NCBI GenBank assembly: GCA_001618615.1
Contig: LKHB01000181.1
Span: 2,210-66,209 of the forward strand
Direction of reading: 5' to 3'
DNA: 64,000 nt
Origin: Candidatus Fermentibacter danicus
GTDB lineage: Bacteria; Fermentibacterota; Fermentibacteria; Fermentibacterales; Fermentibacteraceae
A model generated the notes under the pieces. The model made no database searches. It was not told the DNA's origin and saw nothing but the letters and a program-made list of their open reading frames with translations. Position numbers and translations under genes: made by a program. Below, piece by piece: positions 25,285 through 34,842 of this stretch. Within the stretch, counting starts at the first letter, position 1. The number at the start of each line of letters is the position of its first letter.

Positions 25285-27121
25285 CCTGGTTTCGAAGGAT
25301 CGCGGTTTCGCCGGCCTGATCCTGCTCAGGCTCCTCATGGCGAGCTGGAGGGTGGACTACAGGAGGCCTCCGGGCGGGCGGACGGGCAGGCCCAGGGGCA
25401 GGCCGGTGCTCTACTGTCTCTGGCATGCGCGGCAGCTTCCCCTGATGCTCAGCCACAGGCGCGAAGGCATCACGACCCTGATAAGCCTGCACAGGGACGG
25501 CGACTATGTAGCGAAGGTCGCCAAGCTCCTTGGCTTCTCCGTGGTACGCGGTTCGAGCACCAGAGGTGGAGCAGCGGCTCTCAAGCGCATGGCGTCCGTC
25601 CTCAGGTCCGGTACGGATTGCGCGATAACCCCCGACGGTCCACGCGGGCCCGCCTTCAAGGCGAAACCCGGGCTGGTCCTGATATCCAGGCTGGGGCGAA
25701 GGCCTGCGGTTCCCATCGCAGCCTCCGGCTGCCCCGCCCTGGTATTCGGCTCCTGGGACTCCTTCCGCCTGCCGCTTCCCTTCGCACGCATGACGATTGT
25801 CGAGGGCAGGCCCATCCCTCCATCTCCTCCCCGGATGACCCCGGAACAGGCCGCACTCCATGTCGAACGCGAGATGGCAAGGGTCACGGGGATGGCGGAT
25901 TTCCTAGCCTGCACTCAGGGCAGACTGTTCGAGAGGGTCGCAGGCGCGGCCGGCAGGATGCTGGGCTTCGCCGCACAGGCGGCGCTGATTGGAAGACCCG
26001 GGAACGAGAGGCTCGAAAGGCGCGGAATCGTCCCGTCGAGAAGCGACAGACCGGTCGTGCTGCACGGATCGTCGGCGGGGGAGGTCAACGGCATTCTCCC
26101 GCTCGCCGGGCACCTCGCCTCCCGCGGCCTTCCCGTCCATCTCACATGCTTCACCCCGGCGGGCAGGGAGGCTGTTTCGAGATCGGGCCTCCCGGGGTCG
26201 TTCCTCCCCCTCGACTCGCCCGTGTTCGTGGAGAGATTCCTGGAATCGACGGCCCCCCGGGCGCTCGTGATAGCGGAGACGGAGATATGGCCCAACCTCC
26301 TCATGGGCGCCCTTCTCAGATCGGTGCCCTGCATCGCGGTGAACGCCAGGCTCTCGGAATCCAGCCTGAGGAACTACCGGCTGCTCGCCGGCCGTCGGAT
26401 CGGCAGGCTTTTGTCGTGCTTCTGCGCGATCCAGTGCCGGACTCCTGGAGATGCTGAGAGGTTCGAGTCCCTCGGCGTCGATCCTTCCGTGATCGAAGTC
26501 ACGGGCGACACCAAGGCCCTGCGCGATCCCGGTGATCCCCCCGCCGGATGGTCGTCGAGGTTTTCGGGCTGCGGCCCGGTTATTGTCGCAGGATCGACGA
26601 GGCCCGGCGAGGAGAGGGCCGTAGCCCTCGCTTCACGGAAGGCCGGTCTCTTCCCGGTGATAGCGCCGAGGCATCTCGAGAGGCTCGGAGAAGTGGCCGA
26701 CCTGCTCCGCTCCGAGGGTTTACGCACGAAGCTCTGGTCCGAGGGCGGACCCGCCTCCGGCGGTGACTGCATCCTGTTGGACGAGAGAGGGATACTCGCC
26801 CGTCTCTACGGTTGTGCGGATGTTGCGTTCGTGGGCGGCACCATCGCCCCCTTCGGAGGGCACAACGTCATGGAGCCGCTCCTCAGAGGCGTCCCGGTCG
26901 TCGTCGGACCCAGTCACGGGAGTTTCGAGGCGCTCGTCCAGGAAGGCGTAAGGATCGGGGCGGTGCGGGTAGCCGACGAGGACGGTCTAGCGGACGCATT
27001 CCACGCAATGGCCTCGTGCGGGCTCGATCGCTCGATCATAAGAAGTCTCGGAGCCTCCGGCGGCAGAGAGGCGCTCGACAGGTTCGTCGCGGCTCTGGCC
27101 CTCGCGGGGATCGTGATCTGA
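25277..27121 (+). CDS. waaA: Fusion protein: N-terminal DUF374 (lysophospholipid acyltransferase-like) domain plus 3-deoxy-D-manno-octulosonic-acid (Kdo) transferase
   Basis: 614 aa. Residues ~1-200 (LYCLWHARQLPLML...ITPDGPRGPAFKAKPGLVLIS) resemble DUF374. Residues ~230-614 form a KdtA GT-B domain (VLHGSSAGEVNGILPL..., ...GGHNVMEPLLRGVPVVVGP). Confidence 0.8.
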   Translation: MSDLVSKDRGFAGLILLRLLMASWRVDYRRPPGGRTGRPRGRPVLYCLWHARQLPLMLSHRREGITTLISLHRDGDYVAKVAKLLGFSVVRGSSTRGGAAALKRMASVLRSGTDCAITPDGPRGPAFKAKPGLVLISRLGRRPAVPIAASGCPALVFGSWDSFRLPLPFARMTIVEGRPIPPSPPRMTPEQAALHVEREMARVTGMADFLACTQGRLFERVAGAAGRMLGFAAQAALIGRPGNERLERRGIVPSRSDRPVVLHGSSAGEVNGILPLAGHLASRGLPVHLTCFTPAGREAVSRSGLPGSFLPLDSPVFVERFLESTAPRALVIAETEIWPNLLMGALLRSVPCIAVNARLSESSLRNYRLLAGRRIGRLLSCFCAIQCRTPGDAERFESLGVDPSVIEVTGDTKALRDPGDPPAGWSSRFSGCGPVIVAGSTRPGEERAVALASRKAGLFPVIAPRHLERLGEVADLLRSEGLRTKLWSEGGPASGGDCILLDERGILARLYGCADVAFVGGTIAPFGGHNVMEPLLRGVPVVVGPSHGSFEALVQEGVRIGAVRVADEDGLADAFHAMASCGLDRSIIRSLGASGGREALDRFVAALALAGIVI

Positions 27122-27123
27122 AC

Positions 27124-28212
27124 ATGAAAAGACCCGATCTGGTCTTCAGGAGCATCGCAGAGCGGCGCGGGGGGTGGCGTTTCGCCGGGATGGCCCTCAG
27201 CCCCGCCGGGGCGGTCTTCGGGCTCGCCGCAAACCTCAGGAGGAGGGCGTATTCGCTGGGGCTCGGCCGGAAGCTGCGCGCCTGCGTTCCCGTGGTGAGC
27301 GTGGGGAACATCGAAGTGGGCGGCATAGGCAAGACCCCGGTCACGGTATGGCTGGCCAGGAGGCTGGTCAGCGCCGGGTTCGAGATCGCGGTGGCGGCGA
27401 GGGATCTCAACCGGCGGTCGGGTCCGCCTCTGAACGCATCCCTAGGGGCCTGGTCTTCAGATTCCCCTCCCTCCGACGAAGTCCTGATGCTGGCGAAACA
27501 GCTTCCCGGCTGCAGCGTGTTCGCCGGGCCCTCGAAGGCCCAGGCGGCCGTCAGGGCCGCGGCGGAAGTCTCGCCCGACCTGGTCCTGGTGGACGACGGG
27601 TTCCAGCATCTCACGCTGCACCGGGACATGGACATAGTCGTGCTGGACTTCGAACATCCGCTTGGAACCGGAGGCGTCATCCCCGCCGGCACTCTGAGGG
27701 AGTTCCCCTCGGCGCTGTCCGCCGCCGACTGCTTCTGGGTGAACCGGGTGCCGGCCGGACGCTCTCCGGAATGGCTCACGAGGACTCTCTCGCTGTTCTC
27801 CACCAGGGCGTCCGTCGTGAACAGCCGTCCGGTGCCGGTCGCGCTCGAGATGCCCGGAGGCGGCAGCGTCGATCCGAAGGGTCTCAGGGTGGTGGCTTTC
27901 TGCGGGATAGGCCAACCCTCCTCCTTCCGCACGACACTGGCGGAGGCGGGATGCGAGACCGTGCATTTCCAGGACTTCCCCGATCACCACGTCTTCACCG
28001 TGGCGGAGCTGGTAGCCCTGGAGGAGAAGAGGAAGGCCCTGAAGGCGGACCTGCTGGTGACGACCGAGAAGGATGCGGTCAAGCTGGGCGAACCGGGAAT
28101 CAGGCTTAACATCTGCGCACTCAGGATCGAACTGGACGTTTGGGGCGGATCGGACAGATTGCTGGAAGACATCGCCGGACTGGTCCGGGAAGGCGGGAAG
28201 CGTGAACCGTAG
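27124..28212 (+). CDS. lpxK: Tetraacyldisaccharide 4'-kinase
   Basis: Internal start MKRPDL of track ORF 26812..28212. GNIEVGGIGKTP matches the LpxK P-loop signature. Confidence 0.85.
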   Translation: MKRPDLVFRSIAERRGGWRFAGMALSPAGAVFGLAANLRRRAYSLGLGRKLRACVPVVSVGNIEVGGIGKTPVTVWLARRLVSAGFEIAVAARDLNRRSGPPLNASLGAWSSDSPPSDEVLMLAKQLPGCSVFAGPSKAQAAVRAAAEVSPDLVLVDDGFQHLTLHRDMDIVVLDFEHPLGTGGVIPAGTLREFPSALSAADCFWVNRVPAGRSPEWLTRTLSLFSTRASVVNSRPVPVALEMPGGGSVDPKGLRVVAFCGIGQPSSFRTTLAEAGCETVHFQDFPDHHVFTVAELVALEEKRKALKADLLVTTEKDAVKLGEPGIRLNICALRIELDVWGGSDRLLEDIAGLVREGGKREP

Positions 28213-29785
28213 ATGCGACGTGCTCGTGATAGGGGGAGGGCTGGCCGGCATGGCCTGTGCGCTGGAGCTGCCCTCCTCCATGAAGGTCATACTGATGAGC
28301 AAGATCGAGCTTCCTACGGGAAGCACGAGCCTGGCGCAGGGAGGGATCGCCGCACCGGTAGGAAGCGACGACAGCACCGAACTCCACCTCCAGGACACGA
28401 TCAAGGCCGGCGGAGGAATGGTCGATATCAACGCCGCGAGGGAAATAATCTCCCGCGGTCCCGATCTGATCCGAAAGCTCGCGGGCTGGGGCATACAGCT
28501 CGAGGGCGCCGGCGGCGGGACGGGCTCCATGGAGGGCGGGCACAGCAGGCGAAGGATCCTGCACTACCTCGACAGGACCGGGCGATGGATAAGCGAAGGC
28601 CTCATAGGGGCATGCCGGTCCAGGGAGAACATCGAGATCATGGAGGGGGCCTTCGCCATAAACCTCATCACAGCCTCGCGCGAGGAACTCTCCCTGGCAT
28701 CGGGACATGGTGACAGGTGTCTGGGGGCGTATGTCCTGGTCGACGGCGAGGTTCATACCGTACTCGCTTCGGAGACCGTCATAGCCACCGGCGGCGCCGG
28801 GAAGGTGTACCGCTACACGTCCAACGACGACTGGGCCACGGGAGACGGCATAGCGATGGCCTGGCGCGCCGGACTGACAGTCCGCAACATGGAGTTCTAC
28901 CAGTTCCATCCCACCTGCCTCTATCACAAGGACAGGCGGAACTTCCTGATCACCGAGGCTCTCAGGGGAGAGGGGGCCATGCTCCTGAACCTGGACGGCG
29001 AGAGGTTCATGGATCGTTTCGATCCCGTGCGGATGGAGCTGGCTCCGAGGGATGTCGTAGCCAGGGCGATAGATTCCGAGATGAAGCGTCTGGGACACGA
29101 CCATGTCGTTCTGGACGCCAGGGCGCTCGGCAGGAAGGCGCTGGAGGAGAGATTCCCGGAGGTCACGGAGGGTGTGATGTCAGTAGGCATCTGCCCGTGG
29201 GAAGAGCCGATACCCGTCGTGCCCGCGGCGCATTACTGCGTCGGAGGGGTGGTGGCGGGTATCGACGGCTCCACCTCCATGAAGGGGCTCCGAGTCATAG
29301 GCGAGGCTGCCTCTACCGGCCTGCACGGCGCCAACAGGCTGGGCAGCAACAGCCTTCTCGAGGCCGGCGTGATGGGGATCGAGGCGGCCCGTTCGACGAC
29401 GGGTTCGATCGACCCGCTGCCGGCCGGGCTCTCGGTCCGCGACTGGTACTTCGGCAGGGCCAGGCCTCTGAGCGAGAGCGTCCTGATAGACCACGACTGG
29501 GCTGCGGTCAGGAGCACCATGTGGGACTACGTTGGGATAATCCGCACGGACCGCAGGCTCACCCGCGCCCTGCGCATCCTGGACGTCATCTCCCGGGAGG
29601 TCGAGGAGGACTACTGGTCGCTTCTGCCGCAGATGGATCTCCTCGAGCTGAGGAACCTCTGCGACGTGGCCGGGATCATCGTCAGGTCCGCCATCCTGCG
29701 GCGCGAGAGCCGCGGGCTGCATTACAACCTCGACTGTCCGGAGACCGTTCCACCGGGCAGGGACACTCTGATGACGAGGAACTAG
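28202..29785 (+). CDS. nadB: L-aspartate oxidase
   Basis: Starts with GTG as VNRRCDVLVIGGGLAGM (FAD dinucleotide fold). Succinate dehydrogenase/fumarate reductase flavoprotein family with the RHSRR-type motifs. Overlaps the lpxK 3' end by ~11 nt. Confidence 0.9.
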   Translation: MNRRCDVLVIGGGLAGMACALELPSSMKVILMSKIELPTGSTSLAQGGIAAPVGSDDSTELHLQDTIKAGGGMVDINAAREIISRGPDLIRKLAGWGIQLEGAGGGTGSMEGGHSRRRILHYLDRTGRWISEGLIGACRSRENIEIMEGAFAINLITASREELSLASGHGDRCLGAYVLVDGEVHTVLASETVIATGGAGKVYRYTSNDDWATGDGIAMAWRAGLTVRNMEFYQFHPTCLYHKDRRNFLITEALRGEGAMLLNLDGERFMDRFDPVRMELAPRDVVARAIDSEMKRLGHDHVVLDARALGRKALEERFPEVTEGVMSVGICPWEEPIPVVPAAHYCVGGVVAGIDGSTSMKGLRVIGEAASTGLHGANRLGSNSLLEAGVMGIEAARSTTGSIDPLPAGLSVRDWYFGRARPLSESVLIDHDWAAVRSTMWDYVGIIRTDRRLTRALRILDVISREVEEDYWSLLPQMDLLELRNLCDVAGIIVRSAILRRESRGLHYNLDCPETVPPGRDTLMTRN

Positions 29786-29787
29786 GC

Positions 29788-30315
29788 GTGAACCGGAGGA
29801 GGCTTTCCGGCGCCCTTCCCGCCGTAGCCGCCGCGGCGGCCCTGGCTGCAGGATGCGCCTCCACTCCGGTCTATACCGGGGGCGGGATCGACTGCAGGGG
29901 AGCCGCCTGGTCCGCCGGGGTGTCCTCCTCCGCAGGCGCCCCGGTCTCTGCAGACGACAACCGGATGATGGACATCATCGAAGCCTGGATCGGGACTCCC
30001 TACAGGTACGGCGGAGAGACGAAGAACGGCGTGGACTGCTCGGGCTTCACCCAGGCCGTGTTCCGCGAGATGGGTGTTTCGATCCCCCGGACCGCCAGCA
30101 CGCAGGCGGAGGCTGCGGAAAAGGTGCAGCCGGGGGATCTCAGGTTCGGAGACATCATCTTCTTCAACACTTCCGGCGGAGGCATTTCCCACTGCGGCAT
30201 CTACATAGGTGACGGGTTCTTCGTACATGCCTCCGCGAGAAGGGGAGTCGTGCGCCAGTCCCTTGCGAACCCGTACTACTTCAGCAGAATAGTGAGCGCG
30301 GGAAGGTTCCTCTGA
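29788..30315 (+). CDS. NlpC/P60-family lipoprotein (peptidoglycan endopeptidase)
   Basis: C-terminal part of track ORF 28717..30315. GTG start, lipoprotein signal (LAAGCAS). Catalytic Cys and His are in context (YRYGGETKNGVDCSGFTQAVF ... HCGIYIGDGFFVHAS). Confidence 0.8.
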   Translation: MNRRRLSGALPAVAAAAALAAGCASTPVYTGGGIDCRGAAWSAGVSSSAGAPVSADDNRMMDIIEAWIGTPYRYGGETKNGVDCSGFTQAVFREMGVSIPRTASTQAEAAEKVQPGDLRFGDIIFFNTSGGGISHCGIYIGDGFFVHASARRGVVRQSLANPYYFSRIVSAGRFL

Positions 30316-30344
30316 TCCGCCCCGCGGCCTGTCGTCACCAGGAG

Positions 30345-31100
30345 TTACGGCAGGCGCGACCCGGGACCCTCGAGGCAGAACCGCACGGCCATCAGCCTGA
30401 GTTCGCTCGGGGCCGAGGCGTCCTGGAGCAGCCTCGTCCAGAGTCTGTTCGCCAGGTAGGAGTCTCCGGTTACCATGTATGCGATGGCGGCGGCTGCGAG
30501 GGCCTCGGCCTGCGGGGCATCGGTGGCGATCGCAGTCTCGAGCCTCCTGCGCGCGGCGAGCACGTCGTCGTTCTCCCAGTCGATGAGCCCGAGCAGGAGG
30601 GCCGCCCTCGGCTTCGACGAGACGGGTTCGAGCAGCTCCCTGGCGGAGTCCGCCCGACCTCGCTCCAGCATCAGGAGAGCCAGGTCGTAACGGGGGATGG
30701 ACCAGCCAGGATCGGCCTCGACGGCCTCCATGAGCTCCCTGCCTGAAGCTTCGTCGTCTCCCGCCTCGTGCAGCGCGGTGGCCGTTCTCACGTGCCGTGC
30801 CGCCGTCAGCCTGGAATCCAGCTCCGCCCTCATCGAAGGGTCGATCGGAAGCCGGACCTTCGTGCCCGGCCGAAGGGCGGCATCCGGCCGGTGGCCGGAC
30901 ATGATTGCAAGCGCCTCGTGACCCTCGCCCCGGTCGGCATCCAGGAGGGCCCAGGCGAGGAATCTCCAGGAATCGCCCTCCTGCCATTCGTATTCGCTGG
31001 TCCTGTCGCCTGTGACAGTCAGCACGGCAGGGGGAGCGGACTCGCGGGGCCCGCACGACACGGCCGCAAGGGCGGGGAGAACCAGCCATAGCTTCTTCAT
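30345..31100 (-). CDS. Lipoprotein with TPR-like helical repeats
   Basis: Internal start MKKLWLVLPALAAVSCG (lipobox) of track ORF 30345..31556, followed by repeated helical-hairpin segments. Its start overlaps the dusB stop (ATGA). Confidence 0.5.
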   Translation of the reverse strand: MKKLWLVLPALAAVSCGPRESAPPAVLTVTGDRTSEYEWQEGDSWRFLAWALLDADRGEGHEALAIMSGHRPDAALRPGTKVRLPIDPSMRAELDSRLTAARHVRTATALHEAGDDEASGRELMEAVEADPGWSIPRYDLALLMLERGRADSARELLEPVSSKPRAALLLGLIDWENDDVLAARRRLETAIATDAPQAEALAAAAIAYMVTGDSYLANRLWTRLLQDASAPSELRLMAVRFCLEGPGSRLP

Positions 31101-32056
31101 GCAGTCTCCATGATCTTTGAAGCCTCCTCGAGCACTCCGGCCACGTCCGATTCGGATTCCACTCCCACCGCGAGCGACCGCAGCGAGGCGGCACCCTTGA
31201 AGCCCTTCAGGTATCTGACGAGCTGCCCCCTGAACATATGGAACACGAACGGCGCCGGAACATCCAGCATGGAAAGCCTCAGATGCTCCATCACCGTCTC
31301 CCGGAACTCCCCGGCGGCAGGCTGGATTGACCCCAGGCCCGCCAGCTCCCGGAAGAACCAGGGTCGCCCGATGGCACCCCTTCCGATGAGCAGCCCCGAC
31401 GCTCCTGTCTCGTCCCTCATCCGCAGGGCGGCGGAAGGGCTGGTGGAGTCTCCGTTGGCCACGACGGGAATGGGTGAGGCGCCTGCGATCGCTGTGATCC
31501 CGGCTGTTCTGACCGGACCGTCGAACATGTCGCTCCTGAAGCGTCCATGGACGCAAAGGGCCGAAGCCCCCCTCGATGCCGCAAGCGCTCCGATGTCGTC
31601 GGGGACGGGGTTTTCAGGATCCCAGCCGAGCCTGATCTTGAGGGTCACGGGGAGCCCGCCCGCTCCTGCCGAGGTGGCGGATACGACGTCGAGCAGTCTG
31701 GGGATGTCCCTGAGGAGCGCCGCGCCGGAACGGCTGGCCAGAACCTTGCGGACGGGGCAGCCGGCATTGATGTCGATGAAGTCGAATCCCATCCTGGATA
31801 CGATCGAGGCCGCCCTCTCGAATGCCTCGGGCTCCGCGCCGTAGAGCTGAACGCCGATGGGCTTCTCCTCCTCCCTGAAGGCGAGCAGGCGGCAGGAACC
31901 GGAGTTCCTCCTCGAAAGGCCCTGGACGCTTACCATCTCGGTCACGACGGCCGTGGCCCCATGCCTCCTCGCTATCGTCCTGAAGGCGGAGTCCGTAAAG
32001 CCGGCCATGGGTGCGAGCGTGAAACCGCGAGCGTACCCCTCGGGCGCCGGTGTCAT
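31097..32056 (-). CDS. dusB: tRNA-dihydrouridine synthase
   Basis: Likely start at MTPAPEGYARGFTLAPMAGFTDSAFR. TIM-barrel Dus motifs including GCPVRKV. Roughly 320 aa. Confidence 0.85.
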   Translation of the reverse strand: MTPAPEGYARGFTLAPMAGFTDSAFRTIARRHGATAVVTEMVSVQGLSRRNSGSCRLLAFREEEKPIGVQLYGAEPEAFERAASIVSRMGFDFIDINAGCPVRKVLASRSGAALLRDIPRLLDVVSATSAGAGGLPVTLKIRLGWDPENPVPDDIGALAASRGASALCVHGRFRSDMFDGPVRTAGITAIAGASPIPVVANGDSTSPSAALRMRDETGASGLLIGRGAIGRPWFFRELAGLGSIQPAAGEFRETVMEHLRLSMLDVPAPFVFHMFRGQLVRYLKGFKGAASLRSLAVGVESESDVAGVLEEASKIMETA

Positions 32057-32937
32057 TCCCGGCCTTCTCCATGGACGGACAGGCCGGCATATGCCGCGGC
32101 GGCGTCGAAGGAACTCCTGACGAGAGGACCGGAGGCCACGGCGGCGAATCCTGCGGCCAGAGCCTCCGAGCGCCACTGGTCGAACTCCGCCGGCGTCACG
32201 AACCTGTCCACCGGCTGGTGGTTTCGGGTCGGCTGGAGGTACTGGCCCAGTGTGAGCATGGTTACGCCCGCGCTCCTCAGGTCCGCCAGAGTCGATCTGA
32301 TGTCCTCGGCGCTCTCGCCGAGCCCCAGCATGATCCCGCTTTTGGTGGGAATCCCCGGCTGGATGCGTCGGAAGGTCGAAAGCAGGTCCAGGGAAGTCCT
32401 GTAGGAAGCCCCGGGGCGGAGCGCCGGGAAGAGCCTCTCGACTGTCTCTACGTTATGGTTGAAGACGTCGGGGCGGGCCTCGCCTACGATCGACAGACTC
32501 CTGCCGCAGCCCTTGAAGTCCGGCGTCAGTACCTCCACCTTCGTCGAAGGGGATCGCTTCCGTATGGCCGCTATCGTGTCGGCGAAAATGGATGCTCCGC
32601 CGTCCGCCAGGTCGTCCCTGGTGACGGACGTGACTACTGCGTACTTCAGGCCGAGGGCTTCGACGGCCGAAGCCACCCTCTCCGGTTCGTCCGGCGGGGG
32701 AGGGGGAACGGGGCCCGACGCCTTCCGCACGGCGCAGTAGGCGCATCGTCTCGTGCAGGTATCGCCGAGGATCAGGAACGTCGCCGTCCCGTTCTCGAAG
32801 CAGCGCCCCTGGTTCGGGCAGGCGGCCTCCCTGCAGACAGTATGCAGCCCCGCCCCGTCTATGAGGCTCCGGACCCTGGCCGCCTCCACTCCTCCCAGAG
32901 TGACGGACCGGAGCCATTCCGGCTTCCCGCACTTCAT
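32053..32937 (-). CDS. lipA: Lipoyl synthase (radical SAM)
   Basis: CPNQGRCF is the auxiliary-cluster Cys motif and CTRRCAYC is the radical SAM motif. Likely start at MKCGKPEW. Confidence 0.9.
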   Translation of the reverse strand: MKCGKPEWLRSVTLGGVEAARVRSLIDGAGLHTVCREAACPNQGRCFENGTATFLILGDTCTRRCAYCAVRKASGPVPPPPPDEPERVASAVEALGLKYAVVTSVTRDDLADGGASIFADTIAAIRKRSPSTKVEVLTPDFKGCGRSLSIVGEARPDVFNHNVETVERLFPALRPGASYRTSLDLLSTFRRIQPGIPTKSGIMLGLGESAEDIRSTLADLRSAGVTMLTLGQYLQPTRNHQPVDRFVTPAEFDQWRSEALAAGFAAVASGPLVRSSFDAAAAYAGLSVHGEGRE

Positions 32938-33019
32938 CGCTCCGGTCTCCCTTCCTGGTCGATCGCCCGGTGTGCCGCAAACGGTCGTCCACAGTCCCAT
33001 GCGGGGGCCGTCGTAATCT

Positions 33020-33832
33020 TCATGCCCATGCAGCGGCCTCCAGCCTGAAGGAGGACTCCAGTCGTGAGAGTTCGCACGAGTCGAGCCCGTATTCGTCCAT
33101 CTCCACAGGCTCTTCGCCCAGCGCCCGGGAGAAGGCCCGGTGGACCGGCTCCCTCAGCGATTCCGGCGTTATCCCGGGGTCGAAGTCCGCGAGCCCGCGC
33201 ACGGTTCCCGACAGTATGGCGCGCACGGCCTCCCTGGACCCGGGGTCGGTCCCCGGGAGGAAGTCCGCGAGGCGGACCTGATCGTTTCTCACGATCATGG
33301 AGCCATGTTCGAGGAATGCTCCATGGCGGCGGGCCTGGGCGCTGCCGACGACCTTGGCACCCCCGATGGTCACCTCCATCCTGCCGTGGGAGGTGAAGCA
33401 CGGATTGGCAGGCATCCTGGGATGGAGCGAATGCCTGTCCGCCCTGGCCAGCACGGCGGGAAGACCCATCGATGCAAGCGCATCGGCGAGCGCGGAACCG
33501 GTCCAAGCGAGGGCCTCCTCTATTCCGCACTTTGCGAGGAAGTGGTCCGGACAGGCTGCAATGCAGTAGGTGAGTTCGGATTCGTGCCAGACCGCCCTGC
33601 CGCCGGTAGGCCTCCGAACCGCTCCGATCCCGCCGGCCCGGAGCCTCTCCGCGCAGATCTCCCTGGACGGGTCCTGCAGCCTGCCGATGGACACGCAGGC
33701 CGGTTCCCAAAGGTATGTGCGCAGGGCGAAGCCTGTCTCGCCCCGCTCCGCCATCGACAGGAGCAGGGAATCGACCGCCATGTTCCTCGGTCCGTCCGAT
33801 GCGCCCGATCTGAGCTGAACAGAATGTGCCAT
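33020..33832 (-). CDS. Lipoate-protein ligase / octanoyltransferase family protein (BPL_LplA_LipB catalytic domain; LplA/LipM-like)
   Basis: About 270 aa from MAHSVQLRS. LRTYLWEPACVSIGRLQD...RRPTGGRAVWHESELTYCIA fits the LplA/LipB catalytic-domain pattern. Adjacent to lipA. Confidence 0.7.
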   Translation of the reverse strand: MAHSVQLRSGASDGPRNMAVDSLLLSMAERGETGFALRTYLWEPACVSIGRLQDPSREICAERLRAGGIGAVRRPTGGRAVWHESELTYCIAACPDHFLAKCGIEEALAWTGSALADALASMGLPAVLARADRHSLHPRMPANPCFTSHGRMEVTIGGAKVVGSAQARRHGAFLEHGSMIVRNDQVRLADFLPGTDPGSREAVRAILSGTVRGLADFDPGITPESLREPVHRAFSRALGEEPVEMDEYGLDSCELSRLESSFRLEAAAWA

Positions 33833-33919
33833 GTCATACTCCAGGCCCGACCGGCAGCGTGGAACCGTTGTCATCGGGGAGGGTATCAGATAGATTGATC
33901 GCCAGAACACGGAGGTCCA

Positions 33920-34825
33920 ATGAGACGAATCCTGCCGGTGGCTCTGTTCGCCTGCCTCACGGCTCGCGCCGATGACGGAATATACCGGGACGCGGGCGCT
34001 TCGGCCTTCCAGTTCCTGAAGGTCGAAGTCTCCGCCCGCGCGGCCGCTCTGGGCGGGACGGTACTGCTGAACTCGGGCCCCCTTTCAGGGATGTCGTGCC
34101 CTTCAGGGCTGGCAGGGGTGGACGGCCTCACCCTCACGGCCTGCCATGCCGGCTATCTGGGCTCCGCCACTCAGAATGCGGCGGCCCTGACCTGGGGCGG
34201 AGGGCGATTCCGATTCTCCGCCGGCATCAGCACCATTTCCGCCGGCGGTCTCGAATATCGCGGGGACGTGCCTACCTCCGAGCCTCTCGGAACCTTCGAC
34301 TATCTCGACCTCGCCGTATCCGGAGCCGCGGCGGTGAGGCTCGGTGCGGTGGATGCCGGTCTGGGCGCCAAGATCATCCACGAGGAGATCTGGGATACGG
34401 ACGACTGGGGCATGGCTGTCGACGCATCCGCGGCCTTCCATCCGACAGGCTGGCTCGACATCGCACTGGCGGTCCAGAACGTGGGGCCTTCGGTCGATTT
34501 CGGCGAGAGGCCCGGTTACAGGATGCCCATGACCTGGAGGACGGGCGCCAGGGTCACCCCGGTCCTCCCTCTGGCCGGTCCGGTCTCGGTCTCCGCCGAG
34601 ATGTGCAAGCCCATAGACAACGAGGTCTCGGGCGGAGCGGGAGTCGAACTCAATCCGGTCGGCTGGCTCGATCTCAGAACCGGTTACAGGTTCGGTAGCG
34701 ATTCCCAGGATCTCACCGCAGGGCTCGGGCTCTCATACGGCGGGTGGGCACTCGATTACGCCTGGATTCCCGGCGCGCTCTCCCTCGGGGACGTACACCG
34801 GATCGTCCTCACAACCCGGCTCTGA
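33920..34825 (+). CDS. FadL/PorV-like outer-membrane beta-barrel protein (paralog of 8548..9627)
   Basis: 301 aa with a signal peptide (MRRILPVALFACLTARA) and no N-terminal hatch motif, unlike its paralog. It has the same C-terminal architecture (GLSYGGWALDYAWIPGALSLGDVHRIVLTTRL versus LDYAFLGHEDLDDTHRISLGIGI). Confidence 0.6.
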   Translation: MRRILPVALFACLTARADDGIYRDAGASAFQFLKVEVSARAAALGGTVLLNSGPLSGMSCPSGLAGVDGLTLTACHAGYLGSATQNAAALTWGGGRFRFSAGISTISAGGLEYRGDVPTSEPLGTFDYLDLAVSGAAAVRLGAVDAGLGAKIIHEEIWDTDDWGMAVDASAAFHPTGWLDIALAVQNVGPSVDFGERPGYRMPMTWRTGARVTPVLPLAGPVSVSAEMCKPIDNEVSGGAGVELNPVGWLDLRTGYRFGSDSQDLTAGLGLSYGGWALDYAWIPGALSLGDVHRIVLTTRL

Positions 34826-34842
34826 CCCCCGGAGACGCTTCC

